Shown in pieces: positions 26,864-35,982 of a stretch of 64,000 bases of DNA. Source of the DNA: a virus (taxonomy: Duplodnaviria > Heunggongvirae > Uroviricota > Caudoviricetes); IMG/VR virus record IMGVR_UViG_3300031873_001030. One strand, given 5' to 3'. A model generated the notes under the pieces. It did not search any database and had not been told where the DNA came from. It saw only the letters and a list, made by a program, of their open reading frames with translations. The first letter of the stretch is position 1; each line of letters opens with the position of its first letter. The position numbers and the translations under genes are program-made.

Positions 26864-28279
26864 ATGGAACTAAACAAAGGTTCAAAAAGAACGAGAAAAG
26901 TAATTAATCCTGAAGGTTCTATAGTATTGAAACGTTCAGATGAAATCCAGCTATATCTTGAAGCAAGCAATCTCAACATAAAGGAAGATAAGTTCTATCA
27001 GAGTGCTAAGGACAAGCTGGCAAGCTTGATAAAGATGGCTAGGGAAGCCAATCAGGCATACGTCTTTGGTCTTGGAAGATTCTTAACTGACAACGGATTG
27101 AAACTTTCTCCAGTTGTGTTATATTCAGTACTGTCTGACAGACATGTTCCAATTAATGCAAGTGCAATAAAGACATTCAACACTCCTCAAAGAATAGCAG
27201 AAGCTGTATCATTGCAGAATCTTAAGATAGTTAAATTGAACAACCAATTCAAGAAAAAGATTCTTAAGAAAGCCTTGGAAAACATGTCAGAATTTACTTT
27301 GAGAAAGAACAAGATGCTTAAGAGAAAAGTCAAGGAAAAGGACTTGATTAAACTTTTGAGGCCTAAGCCAGCAAATGCAGAAATGGCAAAGCTATACAAG
27401 GCAATTATAGAAGATGACAAGCTTTCAAAGATGAAGGAGACTGAAACATTTGTAAGAGTGAAGTCTTCAAAAGAAATGAACACTAAAGATAAGCTTGATT
27501 ATTTGACAAATAACGTAGACAGGCTTCCAATAAATGAATTGATAAGAAATCTTAAGTTCATCTCTGAAAATGCAGACTTCAGGAAAGACTTTGAATTGAA
27601 GAGCAAAGTGATAGCAAAATTGCAGAATATAAAGGACATGAGGTTCTTGAACGTTTTTGATTTGATAACCACTGTGGTTTATGTTCCAGACTTCAGCAAG
27701 GCACTGTCAGAAGTTGTAAAGAAATTTTGCGATGATGTTAAAGCTAAGTTTGACTACAATGAAAGTGCAACTGTATTATTTGACTTGTCTGGAAGTATGG
27801 AAGGGGAGGGAATAGAAAAAGGTTTTAAGTACTTGGTACTGTTTGCAAATATATTTGGCAATTTGAAATTGAGATGCTTTAGTGAAGAATTGCTTAAGGA
27901 CACTTACCAGAATGTCATCACTGACATAAATAAAGGAAATTACAAGATTGCATTGAACAAGCTTGACACTATCGGTGGAACTGCATTGCTTGATTCTTTG
28001 GACAAACTTATAGATGAGGGAAAGACTGAATCTAATATAATCATTATAAGCGATGAAGTGAGCTGGCTTGAAGGAGATGACTTGAGTGTGAGAATAAAGG
28101 AAATTTCAGACAAGCTTAAGGGAAAGAAAGTGATACTGGTAAATCCTGTAGTTTATAAGGGAACAGTATTCAGGGACAATATAATTGCATTTGCAAGCCT
28201 TACCTCAAATGTCATTTACAATCTGATGATAGGAACAAAGCCAGAAGCATTTGTAAAGATGATAAAAGAATATAAGTGA
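26864..28279 (+). CDS. von Willebrand factor A (vWA) domain protein with alpha-helical N-terminal region (471 aa)
   Basis: MIDAS motifs VLFDLSGSMEG (DxSxS), GGTALLDSL, IIIISDEVSW; N-terminal ~290 aa Lys-rich helical, TROVE/Ro60-like architecture not excluded. Confidence 0.6.
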   Translation: MELNKGSKRTRKVINPEGSIVLKRSDEIQLYLEASNLNIKEDKFYQSAKDKLASLIKMAREANQAYVFGLGRFLTDNGLKLSPVVLYSVLSDRHVPINASAIKTFNTPQRIAEAVSLQNLKIVKLNNQFKKKILKKALENMSEFTLRKNKMLKRKVKEKDLIKLLRPKPANAEMAKLYKAIIEDDKLSKMKETETFVRVKSSKEMNTKDKLDYLTNNVDRLPINELIRNLKFISENADFRKDFELKSKVIAKLQNIKDMRFLNVFDLITTVVYVPDFSKALSEVVKKFCDDVKAKFDYNESATVLFDLSGSMEGEGIEKGFKYLVLFANIFGNLKLRCFSEELLKDTYQNVITDINKGNYKIALNKLDTIGGTALLDSLDKLIDEGKTESNIIIISDEVSWLEGDDLSVRIKEISDKLKGKKVILVNPVVYKGTVFRDNIIAFASLTSNVIYNLMIGTKPEAFVKMIKEYK

Positions 28280-28299
28280 TAAAAAAGGAAGTGAAATAA

Positions 28300-28599
28300 A
28301 TGGGAATGTTTGATTATGTATTGGCAGATTTCAAATGTCCTTACTGCAAATTTATTGTTGCACAAGAAAGCATGCAGAAAAGTGTAAACACTGGGGAATA
28401 TGACACATGGCAAACAAAAGATTTGAGTTGCGGTTTGAGGATAATAAAGGTTGGTGACAAGATAAAATTAAGTGGGATGCATATCGGAAAAGGATTCCTA
28501 AACATTCATCACATATGCCCAAAATGCGACAAGCTTGTCGAAGCAAGAATCAAAATAAAGAATTACAAGCTTACAAACAAAAAGAGATACATAATATGA
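28300..28599 (+). CDS. zinc-ribbon protein (99 aa)
   Basis: CPYCKF ... CPKCDK. Confidence 0.4.
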   Translation: MGMFDYVLADFKCPYCKFIVAQESMQKSVNTGEYDTWQTKDLSCGLRIIKVGDKIKLSGMHIGKGFLNIHHICPKCDKLVEARIKIKNYKLTNKKRYII

Positions 28600-28844
28600 A
28601 CTTTGAAGACTCATCAAGAGAAAGGATAGAATCCATGAAGAAATTAAAGGACGAATTTTTAGAGGAAGTATTCAAGAAATTTGGAATGTCCAAAACTGGA
28701 AGTAATGATATCTATAAGGTGAAGGACATGTCAATAGGTATCGTTAGAGATGAACTATATCAAGTGTTCAGAAAATTGGCAAAGCAGGAATTGCGAAATA
28801 CCTTTACTAAATTATGCAAGGAAATAGATGGTGATGAAGATTAA
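28515..28844 (+). CDS. hypothetical protein (likely starts at internal Met ~28596)
   Basis: ORF overlapping end of the zinc-ribbon gene; MNFEDSSRE internal start more plausible. Confidence 0.3.
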   Translation: MPKMRQACRSKNQNKELQAYKQKEIHNMNFEDSSRERIESMKKLKDEFLEEVFKKFGMSKTGSNDIYKVKDMSIGIVRDELYQVFRKLAKQELRNTFTKLCKEIDGDED

Positions 28845-29322
28845 GCAATACAAGATAGTCTATCCAAAAGAGTTTGAGGTCAACGAAACTTGGGGAAAAT
28901 CATTTGTTTTTCCATTTGAACCATTGGATTTGTCAAATAAGCCAGATAGCTTGGGAAGAATTGAGTGGCATATAGAACTTGTAATGGATAAGAAAAAGAG
29001 CAAGGTCAGCAAATCATTTTCAAAATATTACATAAAGGAATTGTGGGTATTTGCCACACAGACAAAAGATAAGAGGTACATAGGTAAAATATTCAAGATA
29101 CCGTGCCATACAGAAACTCTTACTGCTTCTTCTTTCCATCCTGAGGACTATTTGAACAACTTATGGAAATTCACATTCTGCGATGAGCACAAGAACCCAC
29201 TCTTTTCTGCATATCCAAAAGATGAGCACAAATATTTTGTGATTGATGCATCAAGTTCCATTTCAATAGAACCAAAATTCATGTCAAAATTACCTGTTAA
29301 AGATGTACTGCATAAGAGTTAG
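28828..29322 (+). CDS. hypothetical protein (164 aa)
   Basis: Intact ORF overlapping upstream gene (operon-like). Confidence 0.45.
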   Translation: MVMKIKQYKIVYPKEFEVNETWGKSFVFPFEPLDLSNKPDSLGRIEWHIELVMDKKKSKVSKSFSKYYIKELWVFATQTKDKRYIGKIFKIPCHTETLTASSFHPEDYLNNLWKFTFCDEHKNPLFSAYPKDEHKYFVIDASSSISIEPKFMSKLPVKDVLHKS

Positions 29323-29483
29323 AATAAAGTAATGATGTAAAATGTATGTTGCGATATATAATTTCTGAAATCTAAAACAATATTAATCATCTTTCATAAA
29401 TTTTATTCTGCTCCTAAAAGTTTGTCTTAATAAGCTAGCTTTACGGAGTATTTGATAAGTAAGTAAGTAACTAGGTAATAATA

Positions 29484-29903
29484 ATGGATAAGCCTAAATC
29501 AAATGAAGAGGAAAAGTTTGAGAAGGGAGCAGAGGCTAGTTCATCTACCCTTGCTCCTTCTTCAAAATTAAAAGAAGAGAGAAAAATTCCTGAGGCGACT
29601 TTTGTGGTTCCTACTTCTACTATTGGGACTTTTGTGAAGAAGGATGATAAAGACGTTTCATTTCCAGAATGGGAGGGACGGTATAGGAAACGGGCTAGGA
29701 GGCTTGGGATTATTTTCACGGTCTGCTGTATTTTGGCTGTCATTTGGTTGTTATACATTTACATTGCTGGAAACAAGGATGTCCTTAGTACGATAACATA
29801 TACTCTTCTGATGTGGATACTTGTGATAGTGTTCCTGAAGTTTGCTGTGAATAGGAGAGTAAAGCAGAAAGAGAATTCCTATAGAAAGAAAGCGGAGGGC
29901 TAG
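29484..29903 (+). CDS. membrane protein (139 aa, 2 TM) with charged N-terminus
   Basis: TM helices IIFTVCCILAVIWLLYIYIA and TLLMWILVIVFLKFA. Confidence 0.45.
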   Translation: MDKPKSNEEEKFEKGAEASSSTLAPSSKLKEERKIPEATFVVPTSTIGTFVKKDDKDVSFPEWEGRYRKRARRLGIIFTVCCILAVIWLLYIYIAGNKDVLSTITYTLLMWILVIVFLKFAVNRRVKQKENSYRKKAEG

Positions 29904-29905
29904 TT

Positions 29906-30238
29906 GTGGGAAATTACAGATTTCTTATAACTCTTGAGCTCCTTGGGAGATTAGTCTTGGGTGTGAGCTGGCTTATTTTCGTCAGCGCTTTTGTGCGGTT
30001 TGGTGAATATTTTTCGGCTTTTGCGTTTGTAGTTTTTGGATTGTCATCTATCGCAATGGTTTACTGGATGTTCGTTCCATTCTTCATTCCTGTTGCTTTA
30101 TTGACCCCACTGATGGGGTTGACAAGAAAGAAAGATGAGAAACTGGATAGCAGAAGGAAACCAGAGGAATTTTCTGGAATGATACTTTTCAACTTGGCCT
30201 ATGAAAGATTAAAACAGAGAGTAGAGCGAGGTTCATAA
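29906..30238 (+). CDS. membrane protein (110 aa, 3 TM)
   Basis: Three hydrophobic helices; adjacent to preceding membrane gene. Confidence 0.45.
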   Translation: MGNYRFLITLELLGRLVLGVSWLIFVSAFVRFGEYFSAFAFVVFGLSSIAMVYWMFVPFFIPVALLTPLMGLTRKKDEKLDSRRKPEEFSGMILFNLAYERLKQRVERGS

Positions 30239-30241
30239 TCA

Positions 30242-31066
30242 ATGGCTAAACTTACTGCTACTGTAAATGATGTTGTCATGTTCAAGTCTCTTTTTGGTCT
30301 GTTGTGCAGGAATTCTGATATGCTAAAATTTAAAGTCGATAAGGAAGGTATAAGTTCTGTTACTATGCCTGCGGATATGGCGACTTTTCTTAGTGTTTTG
30401 ATAAAGCCAAATTTCTTTGAGGAATGGAATTTTGAAGGTTCGTTCATGTATTGCTATTTTGACCCGCAGCAATTTTCTCGGATGATGAAGAATCTTACCT
30501 CGAAGAAGATTGAGATGGTGCTTGATGAGAATTATATAAATTTCAGTCTTGAGAACGAGGGAAGAAAGAAACATATCTCATTGGTACAGATTACTGGAGA
30601 ATTGTCAGAGCTTCCTGGGAATTTGGGAACTGATTTTGATTTTTCATGGATTATTGAGATAGAGACTTTGAAAAGCATTGTGGATGATATTGTCAATGTC
30701 GATGACAATGCGGATTTGTCTTCCATCTATTTCACATGGGAAAAAGACAGTCTGAAAGTTGAAGCAAGGGAGAGTAAGGTCATGAAGTTTGAGACTATTA
30801 TTGGCCCACCTTTTGTGAAATGTGGTAGCGGGCATTCTTCTTTTAGGACCAATTATTTTTCAAAGATAGTCTGGGCTGGTCTTGGTAAGATTAGATTTTC
30901 AATCTTGAATACTGACGGTCCAGCTTTTATGGAGACTTGTGATGATAGCAAGTTCTCATTGAAATTTATTGTGGCGCCTTTTGTGGCAAGTAATCCTGAT
31001 ATGGATATCACGTCCGAGAATGACGGTAAAAGTTCACAAGATAGTGAGGTGGTAAGTGATGGGTAA
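30242..31066 (+). CDS. pcn: DNA polymerase sliding clamp PCNA
   Basis: Length 274 aa; N-terminal FKVDKEGISSVTMPADMATF aligns with archaeal PCNA FKVTEDGISMRAMDPSRVVL; C-terminal LKFIVAPFV matches the PCNA LTFLLAPRV region. Confidence 0.65.
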   Translation: MAKLTATVNDVVMFKSLFGLLCRNSDMLKFKVDKEGISSVTMPADMATFLSVLIKPNFFEEWNFEGSFMYCYFDPQQFSRMMKNLTSKKIEMVLDENYINFSLENEGRKKHISLVQITGELSELPGNLGTDFDFSWIIEIETLKSIVDDIVNVDDNADLSSIYFTWEKDSLKVEARESKVMKFETIIGPPFVKCGSGHSSFRTNYFSKIVWAGLGKIRFSILNTDGPAFMETCDDSKFSLKFIVAPFVASNPDMDITSENDGKSSQDSEVVSDG

Positions 31067-31520
31067 ATGTACAGCGTGTGGAAAAAACATAGGAATGTTT
31101 GGTAGCAGCAAGTCTTGCGATGCTGAAGATTGTAAAGTTGAAGGTCTGTGCAAGGAATGTTCGTCTGCCAAATTGTCAGACTGCGAAAAATGCGGATATA
31201 CATTCTGCATTGCTCACATAAAAAATCATGAATGCGAAGAGGAAAGTGATAAGGAAGAGAGTGAGGATTCTGAAGATGGAGAAGAGGAGGAAGAGCCTGT
31301 TGAATTGTCTGAAGATGATGTCCATATCTCAAAGGATAAGAAATTTAAGATGCTTCTTTTGGAAGATTACTATAATGAAGATATTGTAAACTTCCTTGAA
31401 GAGACGGAAAAGGAAGGGTATGTGCTTATCGGCACCGATATGGGCAATAGCATGTACTTATTCAAGAACTTTTCTTTAGAAAAGAAAAGTTCACAAAAGA
31501 AAGAAGGAGAAAGTGCATGA
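31056..31520 (+). CDS. zinc-finger (AN1-like C6H2) protein with acidic C-terminal half
   Basis: CKECSSAKLSDCEKCGYTFCIAHIKNHEC pattern; poly-Glu/Asp region. Confidence 0.4.
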   Translation: MMGKCTACGKNIGMFGSSKSCDAEDCKVEGLCKECSSAKLSDCEKCGYTFCIAHIKNHECEEESDKEESEDSEDGEEEEEPVELSEDDVHISKDKKFKMLLLEDYYNEDIVNFLEETEKEGYVLIGTDMGNSMYLFKNFSLEKKSSQKKEGESA

Positions 31521-31556
31521 AGAATCAAGAATCAGAAAATTCTTTGTATACTTTCT

Positions 31557-32483
31557 TTGAAGAAAGTATTTGGAGGTTATAAAGAAATGATAATGACAAC
31601 AGGAAGTTGGATATTGGCAGGATTAGGTGCCTTCATATTCATAATGTTTCTTTCTGGAATAAGGATAGTAAGGCCTTTGGAAAGGGGTTTGGTTGAAAGG
31701 TTTGGTAAGTATCATAGGTTTGCCATGCCAGGTTTCAATTGGATAATCCCAGTATTTGACAGCATGTACAGAATCAACATCACCGAGACTATGGTGAATG
31801 CTGAACCTCAGCAGATTATTACTATGGATAAACTGAATGCCACAGTTGATGCGCAGGTTTATTTCAAGGTAAAAGATGATGAGACTTCTGTGAAGGCTTC
31901 TCAATATAACGTCTACAACTACAGGTACCAGATTGTAAATCTTGCGAGGACTACTCTGAGAAACATCATAGGTACGATGTCCCTTACTGATGCAAATAGC
32001 AAGAGGGATGTGATAAACAAGGATTTGATGGATACTCTCAGTGTCGAGACAAAGAATTGGGGTATACAAGTTGTGAGGACTGAATTGAAGGAGATAGACC
32101 CGCCAGAAGATGTACAAGCTACAATGAACAGGGTAGTGAAAGCGGAGAATGAAAAGATGGCTGCCATAGACTTTGCAACAGCTGCAGAGACTCAGGCAGA
32201 TGGTCTTAAGAGAGCGAAGATAAAGGAAGCGGAAGGTCTGAGGCAATTTGAGATATTGCGTGCAGAAGGTAATAAGCAGGCGACTATACTTGAAGCTGAC
32301 GGAAGAGCTCAGGCTATCAAGCTTGTGAATGAGGCTGCAGAAAAGTATTTCATTGGAAATGCCCAGAAATTGAAGACTCTCGAAGTCACTCAGAGTTCAT
32401 TGGAAAGCAATACAAAAATAATAGTTCCGAACGACCAGAAAATCATAAATGTGATAGGAAACTTAATCGGCGAAAAATTATAG
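31557..32483 (+). CDS. SPFH/band-7 (stomatin/prohibitin-like) membrane protein
   Basis: N-terminal TM then IRIVRPLERGLVERFGKYHRFAMPGFNWIIPVFD...VDAQVYFKV, the classic SPFH core; coiled-coil C-terminus. Confidence 0.75.
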   Translation: MKKVFGGYKEMIMTTGSWILAGLGAFIFIMFLSGIRIVRPLERGLVERFGKYHRFAMPGFNWIIPVFDSMYRINITETMVNAEPQQIITMDKLNATVDAQVYFKVKDDETSVKASQYNVYNYRYQIVNLARTTLRNIIGTMSLTDANSKRDVINKDLMDTLSVETKNWGIQVVRTELKEIDPPEDVQATMNRVVKAENEKMAAIDFATAAETQADGLKRAKIKEAEGLRQFEILRAEGNKQATILEADGRAQAIKLVNEAAEKYFIGNAQKLKTLEVTQSSLESNTKIIVPNDQKIINVIGNLIGEKL

Positions 32484-32564
32484 AGAAACTTTTTCAAAAA
32501 AGTTTCATCAAAAAATCTGTGGTAGGGTTTGGTATATTGATTTTGTTAGTGAGGAGTATATAAA

Positions 32565-32807
32565 ATGACGAAAACAATAGTTGAGGAAAGTGTGATGCCG
32601 CATAAAAATGATTTCAGTTTTGACGAAGGAAAATCTTTTCTTGTAGAGGAATTTAAGATTAATGATAATCTTAGAAGAAGATATGTGAAGCTTATTGACC
32701 AGCATGGAAAATTCGAATTGTCTTTGTCACAGTTCAAATGGATTGTTGAAAAAGTCAATTGCATAGAATCTGAAGTAAATGTATATGAAAAACAATTGAG
32801 ATTGTGA
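32565..32807 (+). CDS. hypothetical protein (80 aa)
   Basis: GAGGAG SD upstream; part of a small-gene array. Confidence 0.35.
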   Translation: MTKTIVEESVMPHKNDFSFDEGKSFLVEEFKINDNLRRRYVKLIDQHGKFELSLSQFKWIVEKVNCIESEVNVYEKQLRL

Positions 32808-33193
32808 ATATGAAAAATATAAAGATAACGACAAAAATTTGTGACAAGCATTTTGCAATTTTGAGATATGAAAGTGATGATATGATTAGTGCGAAGAAGG
32901 TTTTCAATAAGCTGAATTGTAAGTTTAATTTCAAAGAGACTTGGTTCGTATCTGTTGATGGGATGATTTTTTCCATATCTTTCTGCCTTTATACTTGGTC
33001 GAAATACAAGTCGATGATTTATGCAAAAGGTATTTCAAAGAATTTCCGTGAAGGATGTTTGAAGGATAGGTGCGGTTGTCTTGTGTTGAAACCTGGCTGC
33101 AAGTTTAAAGTATTGTACAAATTCAATCAGGAGCGTTCGAATCAGGAACTTAAGAATAGCATTCAAGATATATTAACTAGGAAAGAATTATAA
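32804..33193 (+). CDS. hypothetical protein (129 aa)
   Basis: 4-nt overlap with upstream gene. Confidence 0.4.
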   Translation: MNMKNIKITTKICDKHFAILRYESDDMISAKKVFNKLNCKFNFKETWFVSVDGMIFSISFCLYTWSKYKSMIYAKGISKNFREGCLKDRCGCLVLKPGCKFKVLYKFNQERSNQELKNSIQDILTRKEL

Positions 33194-33195
33194 TT

Positions 33196-33501
33196 ATGGA
33201 GAACTTTCTTCAAAGAAAGTTCACAAAGAAATTGGAGGTAACTGGTATGAGTAAAGAAGCTGCAAGTAAGGAAGATGGTAGAGGAAGAAACGCAGTTTCT
33301 TCCCTAATGCATAAGCTGAAGATGGAAAAAAGATATAAAGGTAAGAAGATTGTTTCGATGAAGGAACGGTTCCTTAAGACTGCGCATCAGAGAGGGAAGA
33401 TGAAAAAAGGAATGACTAAATCCCAGATGAAGAAAGAAATCAAGCAAAGATTAAAAGATAAAAAACCAATATATCAATCAAGGCTTACCGATTATGTTTA
33501 A
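33196..33501 (+). CDS. Lys-rich small protein (101 aa)
   Basis: Highly basic; possible nucleic-acid binding. Confidence 0.4.
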   Translation: MENFLQRKFTKKLEVTGMSKEAASKEDGRGRNAVSSLMHKLKMEKRYKGKKIVSMKERFLKTAHQRGKMKKGMTKSQMKKEIKQRLKDKKPIYQSRLTDYV

Positions 33502-33829
33502 GAAGAAAAAAGTTTCGGCGAGACAGGAAGTAGAAGATATACGGAATAAAGTACATCAATCTGTACATTCTAAAGATAGGATGTCTTTAAAGGAAGAGCT
33601 TGATGAACTTCATGCACAGATACATGAGTCTGGAAAAGTTCGGATGCCTACTAGGGGGGAGATATATGGACATCCAACAAAGCCGATTGGAATCTGCTTG
33701 AAATGCAAAAAGATGTTTCCGACTGAGCAGCTTCAACGTTATTATATAAATCCAGAAGAGTGTTATTGGTTGTGTCCAAAGTGCGGTTTCAAGAAAAGAA
33801 TGAGAGAAAAGTTTTCATCGAGATTATAA
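33494..33829 (+). CDS. zinc-ribbon protein (111 aa)
   Basis: CLKCKK ... CPKCGF. Confidence 0.4.
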   Translation: MFKKKKVSARQEVEDIRNKVHQSVHSKDRMSLKEELDELHAQIHESGKVRMPTRGEIYGHPTKPIGICLKCKKMFPTEQLQRYYINPEECYWLCPKCGFKKRMREKFSSRL

Positions 33830-33878
33830 TTAAGTGATAAGAGGCAATAGAAAGTGAAAGAAGAAATCATTAATTTCT

Positions 33879-34622
33879 TTGTATACTTTCTTTGAAGAAA
33901 GTATTATGATAGAAGATGAAATTATAAGCGGGAGAATTTCTATTGGTCGGGTTGGTATTTATCTTAATGCTAAGACTAAAGGTGGTTACAATATAGGATT
34001 TAATTTTCTTAATAGTCCAGAGCTGAGGACTGCGGGCGTGTGCAATATCACGAAGGACCAGATGTTTATAATGTTTGCTGATTTTGACAATATAGGTTAT
34101 GAAAAACTTAAAGACCAGTTGGATTTCATAAATAGGAATCATGATGTGAGCAATTTTCTTGTTCTTACGACTGGAAAGAATCGATATCATGTGATAAGTT
34201 TTGAAAAATTCTGGAAACAGGAATTAGTTGACATATTGAAGAATACTTTCTGCGATTATACGTATAAAAGTTTTGTTCCGTTGAAAGTTGACAAGGGCTG
34301 GATACTTAGGGTGACTGAAAAGAGGGATTTGGATAATAATGTTGTGAAGGACAGGCCTGAATATGTAGAATCGTTTTCTTATTCTGAAGTCCCTAAGAGG
34401 AGATTGTCGCGTGCTCACGTAGAATTTTTTTCGAGAATGTATCCTGAATTCAGGAAATTTGCAGAGGAGAAGCTTGATAAAAATTATTGGGATGAGTTTA
34501 CTGTGATTCAGCTGCTGAAATATGGGACAAGCCATGAGAATCTTATTGCAAAATTTGACTTGAAGGATTTGATAGATTCCAAGAAGCTTGAAATAGTGTG
34601 GAAGGACAATATATTTGATTAG
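33879..34622 (+). CDS. putative primase-polymerase (AEP/prim-pol-like) domain protein
   Basis: AEP-like motifs: FIMFADFDNIGYE (DxD), TGKNRYHVISF (sxH), VDKGWILRV (D..hR); stop codon abuts hairpin element copy D. Confidence 0.4.
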   Translation: MYTFFEESIMIEDEIISGRISIGRVGIYLNAKTKGGYNIGFNFLNSPELRTAGVCNITKDQMFIMFADFDNIGYEKLKDQLDFINRNHDVSNFLVLTTGKNRYHVISFEKFWKQELVDILKNTFCDYTYKSFVPLKVDKGWILRVTEKRDLDNNVVKDRPEYVESFSYSEVPKRRLSRAHVEFFSRMYPEFRKFAEEKLDKNYWDEFTVIQLLKYGTSHENLIAKFDLKDLIDSKKLEIVWKDNIFD

Positions 34623-34695
34623 TGACAATGAACCTCAGAGTAGGAACCAACTGGAAAGTGGAATCAGCAAGTCATAACTGCGAGGTTCATTGTCA
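34623..34695 (+). ncRNA. structured hairpin element copy D
   Basis: Outer stem GACAATGAACCTC/GAGGTTCATTGTC (two compensatory pairs relative to copies A-C); followed by gcttttatt T-tract. Confidence 0.6.
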
Positions 34696-34739
34696 GGCTT
34701 TTATTGTACAAAAACGAAGATTAATATTGAGGACCTTTT

Positions 34740-35402
34740 ATGACCGATATCGATGCCGAAAAAGTTTGGAGCTCTCTTAGAAGGGAAAAGACATTGGATT
34801 TGTTAGGGCTTACTGACAGTGAATTGAGGGATATTGTTGATTCGCTTATTGATGAGGCTGGATTTCCTGCGACTAATTTGGGAGATGAAGCTAGGGAATT
34901 GCTGACAGATGAGGCTAGAAAGGAAGCTGGTCCTGAGGAGGAAGTTGAAAGAGAAAAAGAGATAGAGGAAGCAGAAGAAGTCACTGAAGAAGAGCTTGAA
35001 GCTGCTAGGGAAGGAAGAGCTGAAGAGAGAAGGGAAGAGCGTCTTGAACGTCTTGGAGAAAGGAGACCAAGAAGGGAAAGAGGAGTTGGAATTGAGCCTA
35101 TGGAATTGCCTAAAGTGAAGATTCCAGAAGAGAGGATTCCAGAAATAAGAGTTCCTCCTGGAGTTGAACTTCCAGTTATTCGGGAATTTGAAACTCCATC
35201 TAAGCGCATGGAAAGGGTCATAGGTGAAGTTGAGGGTGGTGTAGAGAAGAGAATAAAAGAGACTGATGAAAAGACAAAAGAGATTAGTAAAGGTCCAGTT
35301 AGTTTTGGCCAGAGAGTTGCCGATACTGCAAGAAATGTGAGGGATACTGTTATTAATGTTTCAAAGCGTATAATTGATAGAATAAGGCAATTAGGTAGAT
35401 AA
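34740..35402 (+). CDS. highly charged Glu/Arg-rich low-complexity protein (220 aa)
   Basis: GAGGA SD upstream; purine-rich coding strand; antisense ORF 34721..35221 is Ser-rich artefact. Confidence 0.4.
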   Translation: MTDIDAEKVWSSLRREKTLDLLGLTDSELRDIVDSLIDEAGFPATNLGDEARELLTDEARKEAGPEEEVEREKEIEEAEEVTEEELEAAREGRAEERREERLERLGERRPRRERGVGIEPMELPKVKIPEERIPEIRVPPGVELPVIREFETPSKRMERVIGEVEGGVEKRIKETDEKTKEISKGPVSFGQRVADTARNVRDTVINVSKRIIDRIRQLGR

Positions 35403-35417
35403 TCTTTATGTGATGAG

Positions 35418-35500
35418 TTAGGGTCCGATGGGGTAAGTTAGGATATTGTGAGGTCGGATGTGGTATGTTTGGTGAGGTAAGGTATGGTCCGATATGGTTT
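35418..35500 (+). repeat. GGTNN satellite patch (includes TCCGATATGGT submotif) immediately upstream of gene 35503
   Basis: gggtccgatggggtaagttagg...ggtccgatatggttt; same family as 5090..7940. Confidence 0.65.
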
Positions 35501-35502
35501 AA

Positions 35503-35982
35503 GTGATTGATATGAAAATTGAAGTAAGGATGCACCATCTTAGCGAACTTAAGAGAAAGTTGCTTGATTCTGATATGAATCATACCAAGTATATTTTACT
35601 GGATGAGATGAGAGCGACGATAGATAAGTTGAAGGGTGACAGGAATCTCATGTTCAAGATTGTTGCTATGATGTCGAAAGTGACTACTGCTTCTCGGTTG
35701 ACTACTGAAGGGATGATAATGGCTTTGGAAAATATGGTTTTGTTTGATATAATGCAATATGATATTTTACAGGATGGTGATGTGACTGTTTTGAATCTGA
35801 ATGTTGATGATAATTATTTTGAGATTTTTAACAAGATTCCTCTGATTGGCAGGTTTATCTCAACTCTTTCTGGAGGAAGAAAAAGATATTTGGAAGAGGT
35901 GAGAAAAACTATAGAGGAGGATTATACAAAAGATTATACACTGAAAATAATCATGGATGATACAAAGGAGGTTCATGAATAA
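35503..35982 (+). CDS. hypothetical protein (159 aa)
   Basis: Intact ORF; stop overlaps start of the GIY-YIG paralogue (ATGA). Confidence 0.4.
   Translation: MIDMKIEVRMHHLSELKRKLLDSDMNHTKYILLDEMRATIDKLKGDRNLMFKIVAMMSKVTTASRLTTEGMIMALENMVLFDIMQYDILQDGDVTVLNLNVDDNYFEIFNKIPLIGRFISTLSGGRKRYLEEVRKTIEEDYTKDYTLKIIMDDTKEVHE

Noticed and set aside
26864-28279. Calling the vWA protein a Ro60/TROVE orthologue with hairpin elements as Y RNAs
   Set aside because: The vWA MIDAS motifs are clear, but the N-terminal region is shorter than TROVE and I could not identify TROVE signature motifs by eye. This is kept only as a hypothesis.
34721-35221. 166-aa Ser-rich minus-strand ORF
   Set aside because: It is the antisense artefact of the purine-rich Glu/Arg-rich gene 34740..35402 on the + strand.
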